From positions 80,601 to 144,600 of the forward strand of contig OZ244168.1 of the NCBI GenBank assembly GCA_965216555.1: a DNA stretch of 64,000 nucleotides. Reading direction: 5' to 3'. Below the pieces are notes generated by a model that saw only the letters and a list, made by a program, of their open reading frames with translations, was not told where the DNA came from and ran no database searches. Position 1 is the stretch's first letter. Every line of letters starts with the position of its first letter. The translations under genes and the position numbers were made by a program. Positions 8,710 through 18,735 of the stretch are shown piece by piece. The stretch is from Erythrobacter sp. GTDB lineage: Bacteria; Pseudomonadota; Alphaproteobacteria; Sphingomonadales; Sphingomonadaceae.

Positions 8710-8961
8710 CTAGGTCCGACGCACAAAAACGAACCAGTAAGCCGTCAGAGCCACTACAGCGGTGATTGTGCCGACACCCAGCGCGCTCCATTCCAGCGCG
8801 CCCAAAACGCCACCGCCGCTGGTGAAAACACCGCCAATCAGAGCCGCAAGCGCGCCAATCAGCAATCGCAGCCGGATCGCACCGGCCTGCTCTTCACGCT
8901 CGACGATCGAAGCCGCCCAGCCGAGCAATGCGCCCCATACAACGAATGCCAGCAATGCCAT
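8710..8961 (-). CDS. GlsB/YeaQ/YmgE-like small stress-response membrane protein
   Basis: 83 aa, three hydrophobic segments, GALLGWAAS...GALAALIGG pattern. Confidence 0.65.
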   Translation of the reverse strand: MALLAFVVWGALLGWAASIVEREEQAGAIRLRLLIGALAALIGGVFTSGGGVLGALEWSALGVGTITAVVALTAYWFVFVRRT

Positions 8962-8973
8962 GTCGTCCCCCGA

Positions 8974-9831
8974 TCAAAACAGCCATAACAGGCCGACGCC
9001 CAAGGCGACCCGATATAGCACAAAAACCATCATCGACGCTCGCTTGAGGAAGTTCATCAGGAACGCCATGGTGAGAAAGGCCGCGACGAAGGTGAGCACG
9101 CCCGCGATCAGCGCGTCCATCGCCAAGCCACCGCCAGCTTCGAAAATTTCGGGCACGATCAGCACACCCGCGCCGGCCACGGCCGGGATCGAGAGCAGGA
9201 ATGAGAAGCGCGCCGCCTCTACCCGCTTGTAGCCCAGCGCCCGGGCGGCGGTCATCGTGACGCCCGAGCGACTGGTGCCCGGGATGATCGCCAGAGCCTG
9301 CGCCAGCCCGACCAGCAGACCGTCGCGCCAGGTCATCTCTTCAAACGCCTTGATCTCTTTGCCGAGCCAGTCGGCCAGGCCAAGCAGCAGGCCATAAGTG
9401 ATCAGGTTGAAGGCGATCAGATCGGTGAAGCGGATCGACGCCATCAAATCATCGTCAACGATCGTGATCCCGAACACGGTCTCGGCGAATCCGTTGAACA
9501 CGCCCATTTTGATCGACAGGCCAAACGCTACCGCCGGGATGGTGCCGATCACGATCCACCAGAACAGCTTGCGTGCCTCAGGCACGCCTGGCGACTTGGC
9601 GCCGACGCCAATCGAGGCGAAGCCGCCACGCGCCAACAGGATCACATCTTTGAAGAAATAGGTGATGATCGCCAGCAGCGACCCGACATGCACCGCGACA
9701 TCGATCAGCGGGCCCTGGTCGGGAAAGTCGGTCAGATAGGGAATAAGGATCAAATGGCCTGACGATGAAATCGGCAGGAATTCGGTGATCCCCTGGACAA
9801 CCGCGATGATGAGCAATTGCAGAAACGTCAT
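8974..9831 (-). CDS. uppP: Undecaprenyl-diphosphate phosphatase
   Basis: VQGITEFLPISSSGH, DVAVHVGS, AQALAIIPGTSRSG, ARFSFLLSIP. Confidence 0.95.
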   Translation of the reverse strand: MTFLQLLIIAVVQGITEFLPISSSGHLILIPYLTDFPDQGPLIDVAVHVGSLLAIITYFFKDVILLARGGFASIGVGAKSPGVPEARKLFWWIVIGTIPAVAFGLSIKMGVFNGFAETVFGITIVDDDLMASIRFTDLIAFNLITYGLLLGLADWLGKEIKAFEEMTWRDGLLVGLAQALAIIPGTSRSGVTMTAARALGYKRVEAARFSFLLSIPAVAGAGVLIVPEIFEAGGGLAMDALIAGVLTFVAAFLTMAFLMNFLKRASMMVFVLYRVALGVGLLWLF

Positions 9832-9896
9832 GGCCCGCGCTCCAAGACCGAAGCGCGGGCCAAGTCAATTCGTTTGTTGGGCTCGCAGCCCAGCAA

Positions 9897-12062
9897 TTAC
9901 CAGATTTTCACGCGCTCTTCGGGCGGCAAATAGAGATCATGCTCGGGCGTGACATTGAATGCCTCGTACCATGCATCGCTGTGGCGCACGGCGTTGTTGA
10001 GGCGGAATTCACCCGGCGGGTGGTTGGCGGTCAGCACGCGATTGCGCAGCGACGCCTCGCGCTCCATCCCGCGCCAAATCTGCGCGAAACCGAGGAAGAA
10101 GCGCTGATCGCCGGTCAGACCGTCAATCACAGGGGCTTCTTCGCCGTTGAGCGACGTCTTGTAAGCGCGATAGGCCATTTGCAGACCCACCACGTCGCCC
10201 AACGTCTCACCAATCGACTGATCGCCGCGCAGGCAAAGCTCGCCATCATCGGCCGGGCAATATTGCTCGATCAGCGCTTTGAGCTTGTCCGCTTCGGCTT
10301 CGAACGCCTCGCGATCCTCAGGCTGCCACCAATTGCGCAGCGCGCCATCGGCGTCATATTGCGAGCCTTGATCGTCATAACCATGGCCGATCTCGTGACC
10401 GATCACCGCACCAATACCGCCGTAATTGACTGCCGGATCAGCCGACGCGTTGAAGAACGGCGCCTGCAGGATCGCCGCCGGGAAGACGATCTGATTGAAG
10501 ACCGGTGAGTAATAAGCATTCACCGTTTGCGGGAACATGCCCCATTGCGTGCGATCAACCGGTCCGGGCAGCCGCGCGAGCGCATCATCCATGCCCCATT
10601 GACCCGCGCTCATGCGATTGGCGAGCGGATCGTCGGCAGTGATTTCGAGCCCGTCATAGGTTTCGAATTCGTCGGGATAGCCAATCATCGGAGTGAAGGT
10701 GGACAGCTTCTTCTTGGCTTCCTCGATGGTCGCCTCGGTCATCCACTCATTGCGATCCAACGCCGCCGCCATTGAGGTTTGAAGATTGGCAACCAGCTCA
10801 TCCATCTGGGCCTTCGCTTCGGGCGGGAAATAACGCTCGACATAGAGCGAACCGAGCTGCTCACCCAGCTGGCCTTCTGCGGCCGAGATAGCGCGCTTCC
10901 AGCGCTCTTGCTGGGCTTCGCGCCCGCTGATCTCTTGCCCGTAAAAGGCAAACCGCGCCTGGTCGAGTTCGCTGGTCAGCACAGCCGCATGGTTCGACAG
11001 GAAATGCGCTGCCATATAGGCCTTGAGCGTCGCCAGCGGAGTCTCCGAGACCAGCTTGGCCATGGCTGGCAATCCGCCGCCAATCAGCGCCAATTGCTCT
11101 TCGGTCAGCCCAAGCTCTTCGATTTCTTCATCGGTCGGCGGAATCTGTGTGACGAGGAAGCGTTCCTGGTCTGCCACACGGCCTGCCTCGAGCAGAGCCA
11201 TCATCGGGAAGTCACCCGCCAGCTCGATTAACTCATCGCGCGACACAGCGTTGTAAGTGAGATTGGGGATGCGCATCATGCGCCGTGCCCATTCAAGCTT
11301 CGCCACCTTGGCTTCGAACGCATAGACCGCCTCGGCAGCGGCGCCGGGCGCTTCATAGCCGGCTTTGTCGAGCAGCAGCGTCAGATACTCTTTATAGGCT
11401 GCGCGAATCTCAAGATTGCGCTCTGAATCTTCGAGGTAATAATCGCGATCAGGCAAGCCCATTCCATCAAAGCCGACCGATACGGCGTAGGCATTGGGAT
11501 TGCGCCGGTCGACTGTGATGCCGCCACCAATCAAGGTCGGGATACCGGGCTTGGCAAACAGCTTGGCAAGCGCTGCCAAGTCAGGCGCGGCGTAAATCTC
11601 ATTGAGATAGGGCTGCGCCGGAGCCAGACCCGAAGCGTCAATCGCTTCCATGTCGTAATAGGCGTTGTAGGCATCGACAATGCGGCGCGCAGTGGTGCCA
11701 GGTTCGGGATTGGATGCAACCAGCTCGCTCACCAGCGTTTCGACATCGCGGGTCGATTTCTCGCGCAGCATGTCAAACGCACCAAAGCGTGAGCGATCGG
11801 CGGGAATTTCATTCTCGGCGATCCAGCGGCCGTTCACATAGGCGTTGAAGTCATCGCCCGCTTCCAGATCTTGCGAAATCTGGGTCGTGTCGACGCCCCA
11901 AGTTCCGAAATCCATCGTCGGGGTCGGCTTGGGCTCGCTGGCGGTCGCCTCGGTTTCGCTCAGAAGCGTTTCACTGGCGCCGTGCTCTGGCCCGGCGCTG
12001 GCCGGTCCGGCCAAGGCCAAGGCGGCCACGCCGCTCAACAGAAAGGCTGTTCTGTGGATCAT
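9897..12062 (-). CDS. M13 family (neprilysin/PepO-like) secreted metallopeptidase
   Basis: Signal peptide from ATG 12062; VNAYY, IVFPAAILQ, HEIGH (HExxH), GETLGD, NHPP. Confidence 0.93.
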   Translation of the reverse strand: MIHRTAFLLSGVAALALAGPASAGPEHGASETLLSETEATASEPKPTPTMDFGTWGVDTTQISQDLEAGDDFNAYVNGRWIAENEIPADRSRFGAFDMLREKSTRDVETLVSELVASNPEPGTTARRIVDAYNAYYDMEAIDASGLAPAQPYLNEIYAAPDLAALAKLFAKPGIPTLIGGGITVDRRNPNAYAVSVGFDGMGLPDRDYYLEDSERNLEIRAAYKEYLTLLLDKAGYEAPGAAAEAVYAFEAKVAKLEWARRMMRIPNLTYNAVSRDELIELAGDFPMMALLEAGRVADQERFLVTQIPPTDEEIEELGLTEEQLALIGGGLPAMAKLVSETPLATLKAYMAAHFLSNHAAVLTSELDQARFAFYGQEISGREAQQERWKRAISAAEGQLGEQLGSLYVERYFPPEAKAQMDELVANLQTSMAAALDRNEWMTEATIEEAKKKLSTFTPMIGYPDEFETYDGLEITADDPLANRMSAGQWGMDDALARLPGPVDRTQWGMFPQTVNAYYSPVFNQIVFPAAILQAPFFNASADPAVNYGGIGAVIGHEIGHGYDDQGSQYDADGALRNWWQPEDREAFEAEADKLKALIEQYCPADDGELCLRGDQSIGETLGDVVGLQMAYRAYKTSLNGEEAPVIDGLTGDQRFFLGFAQIWRGMEREASLRNRVLTANHPPGEFRLNNAVRHSDAWYEAFNVTPEHDLYLPPEERVKIW

Positions 12063-12203
12063 GGTCTCTATCCCATCCTGCTTATCGAGTGCTTTTCGTT
12101 GCAACTGGCTTAGCGCGCCGGGTCTCGCAATGAATCCGTTGGTCCGACCGCGCTTGCTCTTGGTAGAAAAATGAGCGTTGCGAGCGAATGTTCCGAACCG
12201 CGC

Positions 12204-14042
12204 CTAGGCTGCCTGCGCATTGGCGAATTGCAGGCTGGCCAAACGAGCATAGAGGCCACCTGCTTCCACCAGAGCATCATGCGTGCCCTGTTCGACAATC
12301 TCACCCTCGTCGAGCACCACAATACGATCGGCCGCGCGCACGGTCGCCAGACGGTGCGCAATCACCAGAGTGGTGCGCTGCTTCATCAGCTCGTCGAGCG
12401 CTTGCTGCACCAGCATCTCGCTTTCCGCATCAAGCGCGCTTGTCGCTTCATCTAGCAGCAGGATCGGAGCATCGCGCAACAGCGCGCGCGCGATGGCCAC
12501 ACGCTGGCGTTGCCCACCTGACAATTGGGTGCCGCCTTCGCCAAGATAGGTGTCGAGCCCTTCGGGCAGCGCGGTGAGGAAGGATTCCGCATTGGCCGCG
12601 CGGGCGGCCTCCCAAATCTCGTCATCGCTGGCGTCCCACCGCCCGTAGCGCAAATTGTCGCGCGCATCGGCGCTGAACAGCACGCCGTCTTGCGGGACAA
12701 AGGCAAACCTCTCGCGAATGTCAGCCGGATCCGCCTTGGTCAGCGGGACGCCATCGAGGCGGATCGTGCCCGCTTGCGGGTCGTAGAATCGCTCCACCAA
12801 CTGGAAAATGGTCGATTTGCCTGCCCCCGACGGGCCGACAATCGCCACGGTTTCTCCTGGCTCGACTTCAAGGCTGAAATCGCTGAGTGCGGCGGTCTCA
12901 GGTCGGGCAGGATAGCGGAAAGTCACATTGCGGAAGGACAGGCTTCCACGGGCGGGCTCGGGCAGTTTTTCAGGCCGATCTGGCGCCGCGATGGCTGGCT
13001 TGGCTTCGAGCAGTTCCGCAAGCCGACTTGCCGCCCCGGCGCCGCGCAGCAATTCACCATAAACCTCGGTTAGCGCTCCAAAGGCGCCAGCAACGATCAT
13101 CGCGCCCAGCAGGAACGAAATCAGCGTGCCTGGCGTCATGCTGCCGACAGACACCGCTTCGGCCCCGCGCCACAGCATGAATACGATCGAACCGAAAATG
13201 GCGAAGATGATGACAGCAGTCATCACCGCGCGCAGGATGATGCGTTTGCGTGCGGTGTCGAACGTGCGCTCGACGGCGTCTCCAAACCGACCTGCCTCGC
13301 GCCCTTGCTGGTTGAAACTTTGGACGACCTTCATCGCGCCCAACACTTCGGTCACCATCGCGCCCACATCGGCGACCCGGTCCTGGCTGTCGCGCGAGAT
13401 TGACCGGATCCGGCGGCCGAAAAACACGATTGGCAGGATCGTGACGGGAATGCCAATCGCCAGCCAGACGGTGAATCCTGGGAGCAGCCAGAACAGGTAG
13501 ATCGTTCCACCAATGCCCAGGAAGACGTTGCGCAGAGCGACCGATACGGTGGTGCCGACAACCGTCTCGATAATCGCGGTGTCAGCCGTCATCCGGCTCG
13601 AGATTTCCTTGGGCGAATTCTCTTCATAGAATGCCGGTGAAAGCCGCAGCAGATTGCGATGAACCTTGCGGCGGATATCGGCGACAACACGTTCGCCAAT
13701 CCAGCTGACGAAATAGAAACGCGCCGCTGTGCCCAGCGCGATGATCACCACGATCATGCCAAGATAGCGAAACCAGCGCGCGATCTCGCCCGATCCGGCG
13801 ACCGCGCCAAAGCCGCGATCAACGATTAGCTGAACCGCAGCCGGGATCGCGAGGGTGCCCGCCGCCGTCACGGTCAGCGCGATAAGGGCGAAAATGATCT
13901 GCTTGGGGTAATTCGCCGCTTCCCGATAAATCATCCGCAAGGGAGCAAGCGTCTTCGATTTGGGCGAAACTTCTTGTTCGCCCGCCAAATCGTCGGCGGT
14001 CGCGTCATCATGCGCTGCGTCGTCAGTGATCGTCCCATCCAT
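12204..14042 (-). CDS. Type IV ABC exporter (fused TMD-NBD, MsbA-like family)
   Basis: Six-TM N-domain; GPSGAGKS, LSGGQRQ, ILLLDEATSALD, VIAHRL. Confidence 0.93.
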   Translation of the reverse strand: MDGTITDDAAHDDATADDLAGEQEVSPKSKTLAPLRMIYREAANYPKQIIFALIALTVTAAGTLAIPAAVQLIVDRGFGAVAGSGEIARWFRYLGMIVVIIALGTAARFYFVSWIGERVVADIRRKVHRNLLRLSPAFYEENSPKEISSRMTADTAIIETVVGTTVSVALRNVFLGIGGTIYLFWLLPGFTVWLAIGIPVTILPIVFFGRRIRSISRDSQDRVADVGAMVTEVLGAMKVVQSFNQQGREAGRFGDAVERTFDTARKRIILRAVMTAVIIFAIFGSIVFMLWRGAEAVSVGSMTPGTLISFLLGAMIVAGAFGALTEVYGELLRGAGAASRLAELLEAKPAIAAPDRPEKLPEPARGSLSFRNVTFRYPARPETAALSDFSLEVEPGETVAIVGPSGAGKSTIFQLVERFYDPQAGTIRLDGVPLTKADPADIRERFAFVPQDGVLFSADARDNLRYGRWDASDDEIWEAARAANAESFLTALPEGLDTYLGEGGTQLSGGQRQRVAIARALLRDAPILLLDEATSALDAESEMLVQQALDELMKQRTTLVIAHRLATVRAADRIVVLDEGEIVEQGTHDALVEAGGLYARLASLQFANAQAA

Positions 14043-14123
14043 TGGGTCTGATCTAGGGATCAGCGGCTGATTTTACACGTGCAAAAAGCACATCGCCCCA
14101 CAACAATGCCGCCACAACCAAAT

Positions 14124-14138
14124 TTGTGCGTTGCACAA
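14124..14138. promoter_or_regulatory. Candidate PhaR (AniA) operator TTGTGC-N3-GCACAA
   Basis: Perfect 6-3-6 palindrome with a TGC-N3-GCA core, about 115 nt upstream of phaZ. Confidence 0.55.
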
Positions 14139-14254
14139 TGGCTCGCGAAGCGCCATTTAGGAGCGCTAAGCGCCCGGTTAGAGGCGCAGGCAATCTACGC
14201 CGCAATGCAGGGCGTGCTGGGGGCAGTGGCGCGCAAAACGGAACGGGGAAATGC

Positions 14255-15490
14255 ATGCTTTATCAAGCCTATGAGATCCAACGCAGCTGGATGAACAGCG
14301 TCAGCGCGTGGGCCTCAATCAGCGCGGAAATCCTCAGCAATCCAGCCAACCCGTTCGGATACACCGGAATCGGTCCTTTGGCGGCCAATGCGCTGGACGT
14401 GTTCGCGCATGCAACGGCAGCATATGGAAAGCCCGCCTTTGGCATCACCGAAGTTGATGTTGAGGGAAAGACCTATCCGGTCATCGAGGCGACCGTGGTC
14501 AATCGCCCGTTCGGCGATCTCAAGCGCTTCCGCCTCGACGGGATCAATGACAAGCGCCCCAAATTGCTGATCGTCGCTCCGATGAGTGGACACTACGCCA
14601 CGCTCCTGCGCGGCACTGTTCATCGGATGCTTGAGCAATATGAGGTCTATATCACCGATTGGGCCGATGCGAGGACGGTGCCTTTGCATGAAGGCCATTT
14701 CGACCTCGACGACTATATCGACTACCTGATCGAGTTTCTCGAATACATCACCGAATATGGCGAGGGCGAGCGTCCGCACATGATGGCGGTGTGCCAGCCT
14801 TCGGTCCCTGCCTTCGCGGCGACCGCGCTGCTCAATCTTCACGATTCGCCCGCTACGCCCAAGACGCTGACCATGATGGGTGGGCCAATCGACACCCGCG
14901 AAAGCCCGACAACGGTCAATAATCACGCGATGAAGCGCCCGATCGAGTGGTTCCGCCACAGCGTTATCGCAACAGTGCCGATGAATTATCGCGGGGCCGG
15001 TCGAAAGGTCTATCCCGGCTTCATGCAGCTTTCCGCCTTTATGAGCATGAACCTGCAGAGCCACATGATGAGTCATTACGAGATGTTCAAACACCTCACC
15101 CGGGGTGACGAGGAAAGCGCGCAGGCGACCAAGGATTTCTACGACGAATATCGCGCGGTCTGCGACATGACGGCCGAATTCTACCTCCAGACAGTTGAAG
15201 AGGTGTTCCAGAAGCACTCGATCCCGAATGGCGAATTCCGGCACAAGGGTGAGATCGTCGATCTCGGCGCGATTACCGATACTGCGCTGCTCGCGATTGA
15301 AGGCGAGCGCGATGATATTTCAGGCTTGGGCCAGACCAAGGCCGCGCTGCACCTGGCGGACAATCTCGATGACGAGAAAAAGCGCTATTACATGGCCGAG
15401 GGCGCAGGTCATTATGGCATCTTCAATGGCAGCCGCTGGCGCAACAAGGTCGCCCCGGTGGTCGAGGAATTTATCGCAGCGCACGGCTAG
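14255..15490 (+). CDS. phaZ: Intracellular polyhydroxyalkanoate depolymerase
   Basis: MLYQAYE start at 14255; IVAPMSGHYATLLRGTV, YITDW, VCQPS (Cys nucleophile), GPIDTR, GERDDISG, GHYGIFNG. Confidence 0.95.
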   Translation: MLYQAYEIQRSWMNSVSAWASISAEILSNPANPFGYTGIGPLAANALDVFAHATAAYGKPAFGITEVDVEGKTYPVIEATVVNRPFGDLKRFRLDGINDKRPKLLIVAPMSGHYATLLRGTVHRMLEQYEVYITDWADARTVPLHEGHFDLDDYIDYLIEFLEYITEYGEGERPHMMAVCQPSVPAFAATALLNLHDSPATPKTLTMMGGPIDTRESPTTVNNHAMKRPIEWFRHSVIATVPMNYRGAGRKVYPGFMQLSAFMSMNLQSHMMSHYEMFKHLTRGDEESAQATKDFYDEYRAVCDMTAEFYLQTVEEVFQKHSIPNGEFRHKGEIVDLGAITDTALLAIEGERDDISGLGQTKAALHLADNLDDEKKRYYMAEGAGHYGIFNGSRWRNKVAPVVEEFIAAHG

Positions 15491-15513
15491 TCCGCGAGCC
15501 GCGCCCCCTGCGC

Positions 15514-16197
15514 TCAATCCTCAATCTTGAGATTGATGGTCGGCCCCTTATCGGCAGAACCGAACACCAGATTGCCTTCGGCATCGACGGCGCGATCATG
15601 CAAGATCAGCGCGTCGGGACGCAGGGTAAGCGTTTCGTTGAGATAGACCCGTTTCCCGAACATCTCGGAAAAATAGCTGCACGCATTGGGTTTCAGAATT
15701 CCGTCAAATTGGCCCTCGCCGCGGCGCCAGAACACCTCACAGCCAGGCTTCAAAATGAAATCGTCAGCGCTAAGATCTGCGACCTTGTCAGGATCAAGAT
15801 GCGCGTCAGTCAGCCGCGAAGGGTCGCGCGGGGTGTAGATCGTCAAGCGGATCGCCTGTTCTGCTTCGTCCACGGTGAACGAATAGATGCGCTGGCGATA
15901 GAGATCGCTCGGATCGTAATGCTGCGACTGCTGGGCGTAGAGTGTCCGACCAGGGATTCCCGTGATTGAAAGCGGTCGGAAGATATGATTGGTGTGCCGC
16001 TGGCGCATTTCCTCTGGGACGCGGTCTACCGCTTGGCGATAGACCTGCTGGTGATTGTCATAGACCCCAGGAAACCACTCCATCAGCTCTTCCAAATCGG
16101 CTTCTAGCGAGGTGGGTTGCGATTCTTCGGCGCCCGTGAGCGAAGTGGGCAAGGCCAGCGCCAACACAACAGCCATCAATCGTGTGAATGTGTTCAT
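15514..16197 (-). CDS. Secreted CpcT/CpeT-like (bilin lyase fold) protein
   Basis: Signal peptide; WFPGVYDNHQQ, LYAQQ...LYRQRIY, GCEVFWRR, LHDRAVDAEGNLVFGS match the CpcT/CpeT pattern. Confidence 0.7.
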   Translation of the reverse strand: MNTFTRLMAVVLALALPTSLTGAEESQPTSLEADLEELMEWFPGVYDNHQQVYRQAVDRVPEEMRQRHTNHIFRPLSITGIPGRTLYAQQSQHYDPSDLYRQRIYSFTVDEAEQAIRLTIYTPRDPSRLTDAHLDPDKVADLSADDFILKPGCEVFWRRGEGQFDGILKPNACSYFSEMFGKRVYLNETLTLRPDALILHDRAVDAEGNLVFGSADKGPTINLKIED

Positions 16198-16288
16198 GCT
16201 CTATCCCTCTGGCGCGTTGGGAGATCAGAAGAACATCCGTTTGCCCCTCGCGCACTAGCGTGCGCCGGCGGGAGCGAATCTGCAAGGC

Positions 16289-16876
16289 CTAGGCCGAGTG
16301 GTCGAGATCGGGATCGGGCTTGTCGCCGTCCTCAAGCTGAATGCCGAACGAGTTCAGCATCATAGATACTTGCGTATACTGGCCGACTGTAAAGACCAGA
16401 TCCATCCGGCCCTTGTCGCCCAATTCCGCAAGATCTGACCAGGTTTGGTCGCTGACAAACTGATTGGCATGCAGCTCATCGGCGGCGCGCAACATTGCAC
16501 GCTCGAGGTCGCTCCAGCCATCGCCGTCGGGCCCTATCTTTATCCGAGCAATGTCATCGTCGCTAAGCCCGCAATTCTTGCCAATGCGGGTATGCTGAGC
16601 GAATTCATAGCCTGATTGGCAATTCCAGCCGGTTCGCAGGATCACCATTTCGCGCTCACGCTCCGGCAAAGCACTGCGCTGCGACAGGATGTAATTGCCC
16701 CATCCAAGAAACGCTCTAAGCGCCTTGGGCGCGTGCACCAGCGTGCGGAAGATGTTGAGCACCTTGCCGCCACCAACCTTATTGGCAGGATCCGCAAACG
16801 GCGCGAGCACCTCGCGCTGGGTCTCGTCGAGCCGGTCGAGATCGACCGGCTCGATGCGAGGATGCTTGAGACGCAT
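16289..16876 (-). CDS. Carboxymuconolactone decarboxylase/AhpD-family protein
   Basis: LNIFRTLVHAP, LPEREREMVILRTGWNCQSGYEFAQH. Confidence 0.85.
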   Translation of the reverse strand: MRLKHPRIEPVDLDRLDETQREVLAPFADPANKVGGGKVLNIFRTLVHAPKALRAFLGWGNYILSQRSALPEREREMVILRTGWNCQSGYEFAQHTRIGKNCGLSDDDIARIKIGPDGDGWSDLERAMLRAADELHANQFVSDQTWSDLAELGDKGRMDLVFTVGQYTQVSMMLNSFGIQLEDGDKPDPDLDHSA

Positions 16877-16916
16877 CAGTCGCCCTCAGGCCTCAAGCAA
16901 AGAAGTGCCTGGCTGA

Positions 16917-18098
16917 TCAAAAGACCTCGAACAGGCCAGCTGCACCCATACCGCCGCCGACACACATGGTGACGACAACGTATTTCGCGCCGCGACGCTT
17001 GCCTTCGATCAAGGCGTGGCCAGTGCAGCGTGCACCCGTCATCCCGTAGGGGTGACCGATCGAGATCGAGCCGCCATTGACGTTGAGAATGTCGTTATCG
17101 ATGCCAAGTTTGTCGCGGCAGTACAGGACTTGCACCGCAAAGGCTTCGTTGAGCTCCCACAGGCCGATATCGTCCATGCTGAGACCAGTCTGCTTGAGCA
17201 GCTTGGGGATCGCGAAGACCGGTCCGATACCCATTTCATCGGGCTCGGTGCCAGCCACGGCCATACCAACATAGCGACCGAGCGGCTCAAGGCCTTTCTG
17301 TTCAGCCAGTTTGGCTTCCATCAACACGCTGGCGGAAGAACCGTCTGACAGCTGCGACGCGTTACCCGCAGTGATCACCTTGTCCGGGCCCATGACCGGT
17401 TGCAGCGCCTGCAATCCTTCGATCGTAGTCGAAGGACGATTGCCTTCATCCTTGGTGATGGTGACTTCCTGCTGAGAAACTTCGCCGGTTTCCTTGTCCT
17501 TGACCATCATGGTTGTGGTGACCGGAATGATCTCAGCGTCGAAATGGCCAGCTTCCTGGCCTGCGGCGGTGCGCATCTGCGATTGCAGCGCGTATTCGTC
17601 CTGGGCTTCGCGGCTGATGCCATAACGGGCGGCGACGGTCTCTGCAGTGCCAAGCATCGGCATGTAGACGTCCTTGTGCATCGCGATCAGCGACGGATCG
17701 GGGGCGACGCGCATCTCTGGGGTCTGAACCAGCGAGATCGAATCCTGGCCGCCGCCAACGACGATGTCCATGTTGTCGACCACGACCTGCTTGGCCGCCG
17801 TAGCGATTGCCATCAGACCTGAAGAACACTGACGGTCGATGGTCTGGGCAGCAACCGTAACCGGGGCACCGCCGCGCAGAGCGACCTGGCGTCCAATATT
17901 GCCAGCCTGAGTGCCTTGAGTGAGGACAGCGCCCCAGACCACGTCGTCAATCTCGGCAGCGTCGATGCCCGAGCGCTCGACAGCAGCGTTGAACGAGAAA
18001 GAGCCGAGCGTGGCGCCGGGAGTGGCGTTGAAGCCGCCCTTATAGGCCCGGCCGATCGGCGTGCGGGCGGTGGATACGATTACTGCATCGCGTGACAT
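16917..18098 (-). CDS. Acetyl-CoA C-acyltransferase (thiolase)
   Basis: [31 protein letters not shown]. Start at 18098 ([14 protein letters not shown]). Confidence 0.95.
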   Translation of the reverse strand: MSRDAVIVSTARTPIGRAYKGGFNATPGATLGSFSFNAAVERSGIDAAEIDDVVWGAVLTQGTQAGNIGRQVALRGGAPVTVAAQTIDRQCSSGLMAIATAAKQVVVDNMDIVVGGGQDSISLVQTPEMRVAPDPSLIAMHKDVYMPMLGTAETVAARYGISREAQDEYALQSQMRTAAGQEAGHFDAEIIPVTTTMMVKDKETGEVSQQEVTITKDEGNRPSTTIEGLQALQPVMGPDKVITAGNASQLSDGSSASVLMEAKLAEQKGLEPLGRYVGMAVAGTEPDEMGIGPVFAIPKLLKQTGLSMDDIGLWELNEAFAVQVLYCRDKLGIDNDILNVNGGSISIGHPYGMTGARCTGHALIEGKRRGAKYVVVTMCVGGGMGAAGLFEVF

Positions 18099-18202
18099 GA
18101 GAGGTCCTTTCGAAACATATGGGTCTGGCCCCCGCAACCAATATGGGGAACCATGGGTTCAAATGGGCGCCAGAATTTCTTTGCGCCCGAAAAGCGTCAG
18201 AT

Positions 18203-18652
18203 TCAGACGAAGAACTGCGTGATCCACTCGCACATGAGCGCGGGCTTATCTTCGCCTTCGATCTCGATCGTGATTTCGGCGGTCTGTTGCCATTGGCCAG
18301 GCCGCTTTTCGATCATCTCGACCAGCTTCCAGTGGCCACGAATACGCTTGCCAACGCGCACAGGTGCGATGAAGCGGGTTTTGTTGCCACCATAGTTCAC
18401 GCCCATCTTCACGTTGTCGATCCGGGGCATGTCACTGTTTGCTGACAGGTATGGGATCATCGAGAGAGTCATAAAGCCGTGCACGATTGTGCCGCCGAAC
18501 GGGGTCAGCTTGGCTTTCTCTTCATCGATATGGATGAACTGGTGGTCGCCCGTCGCATCAGCGAACATGTTGACCTTGTCCTGTGTCATCTCGACCCATT
18601 CACTGGTGCCGATATTTTCGCCAACTTTGGCTGCGAGATCCTGCGGGGTCAT
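18203..18652 (-). CDS. MaoC-family dehydratase
   Basis: FADATGDHQFIHID, TIVHGFMTLS, GVNYG; start at 18652. Confidence 0.93.
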   Translation of the reverse strand: MTPQDLAAKVGENIGTSEWVEMTQDKVNMFADATGDHQFIHIDEEKAKLTPFGGTIVHGFMTLSMIPYLSANSDMPRIDNVKMGVNYGGNKTRFIAPVRVGKRIRGHWKLVEMIEKRPGQWQQTAEITIEIEGEDKPALMCEWITQFFV

Positions 18653-18735
18653 GCGTTGTCCTCCTGGCTTATTGACGCACGGAGAAACGCTGCTCCGCAC
18701 CCTTTTGCGAGGGGCTACATGGCCTATGCGCGGCG

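Noticed and set aside
14071-14086. TTTTACACGTGCAAAA as a possible parS site
   Set aside because: It shares only the CACGTG core; spacing and flanks differ from GTTTCACGTGAAAC, and no parAB is nearby.
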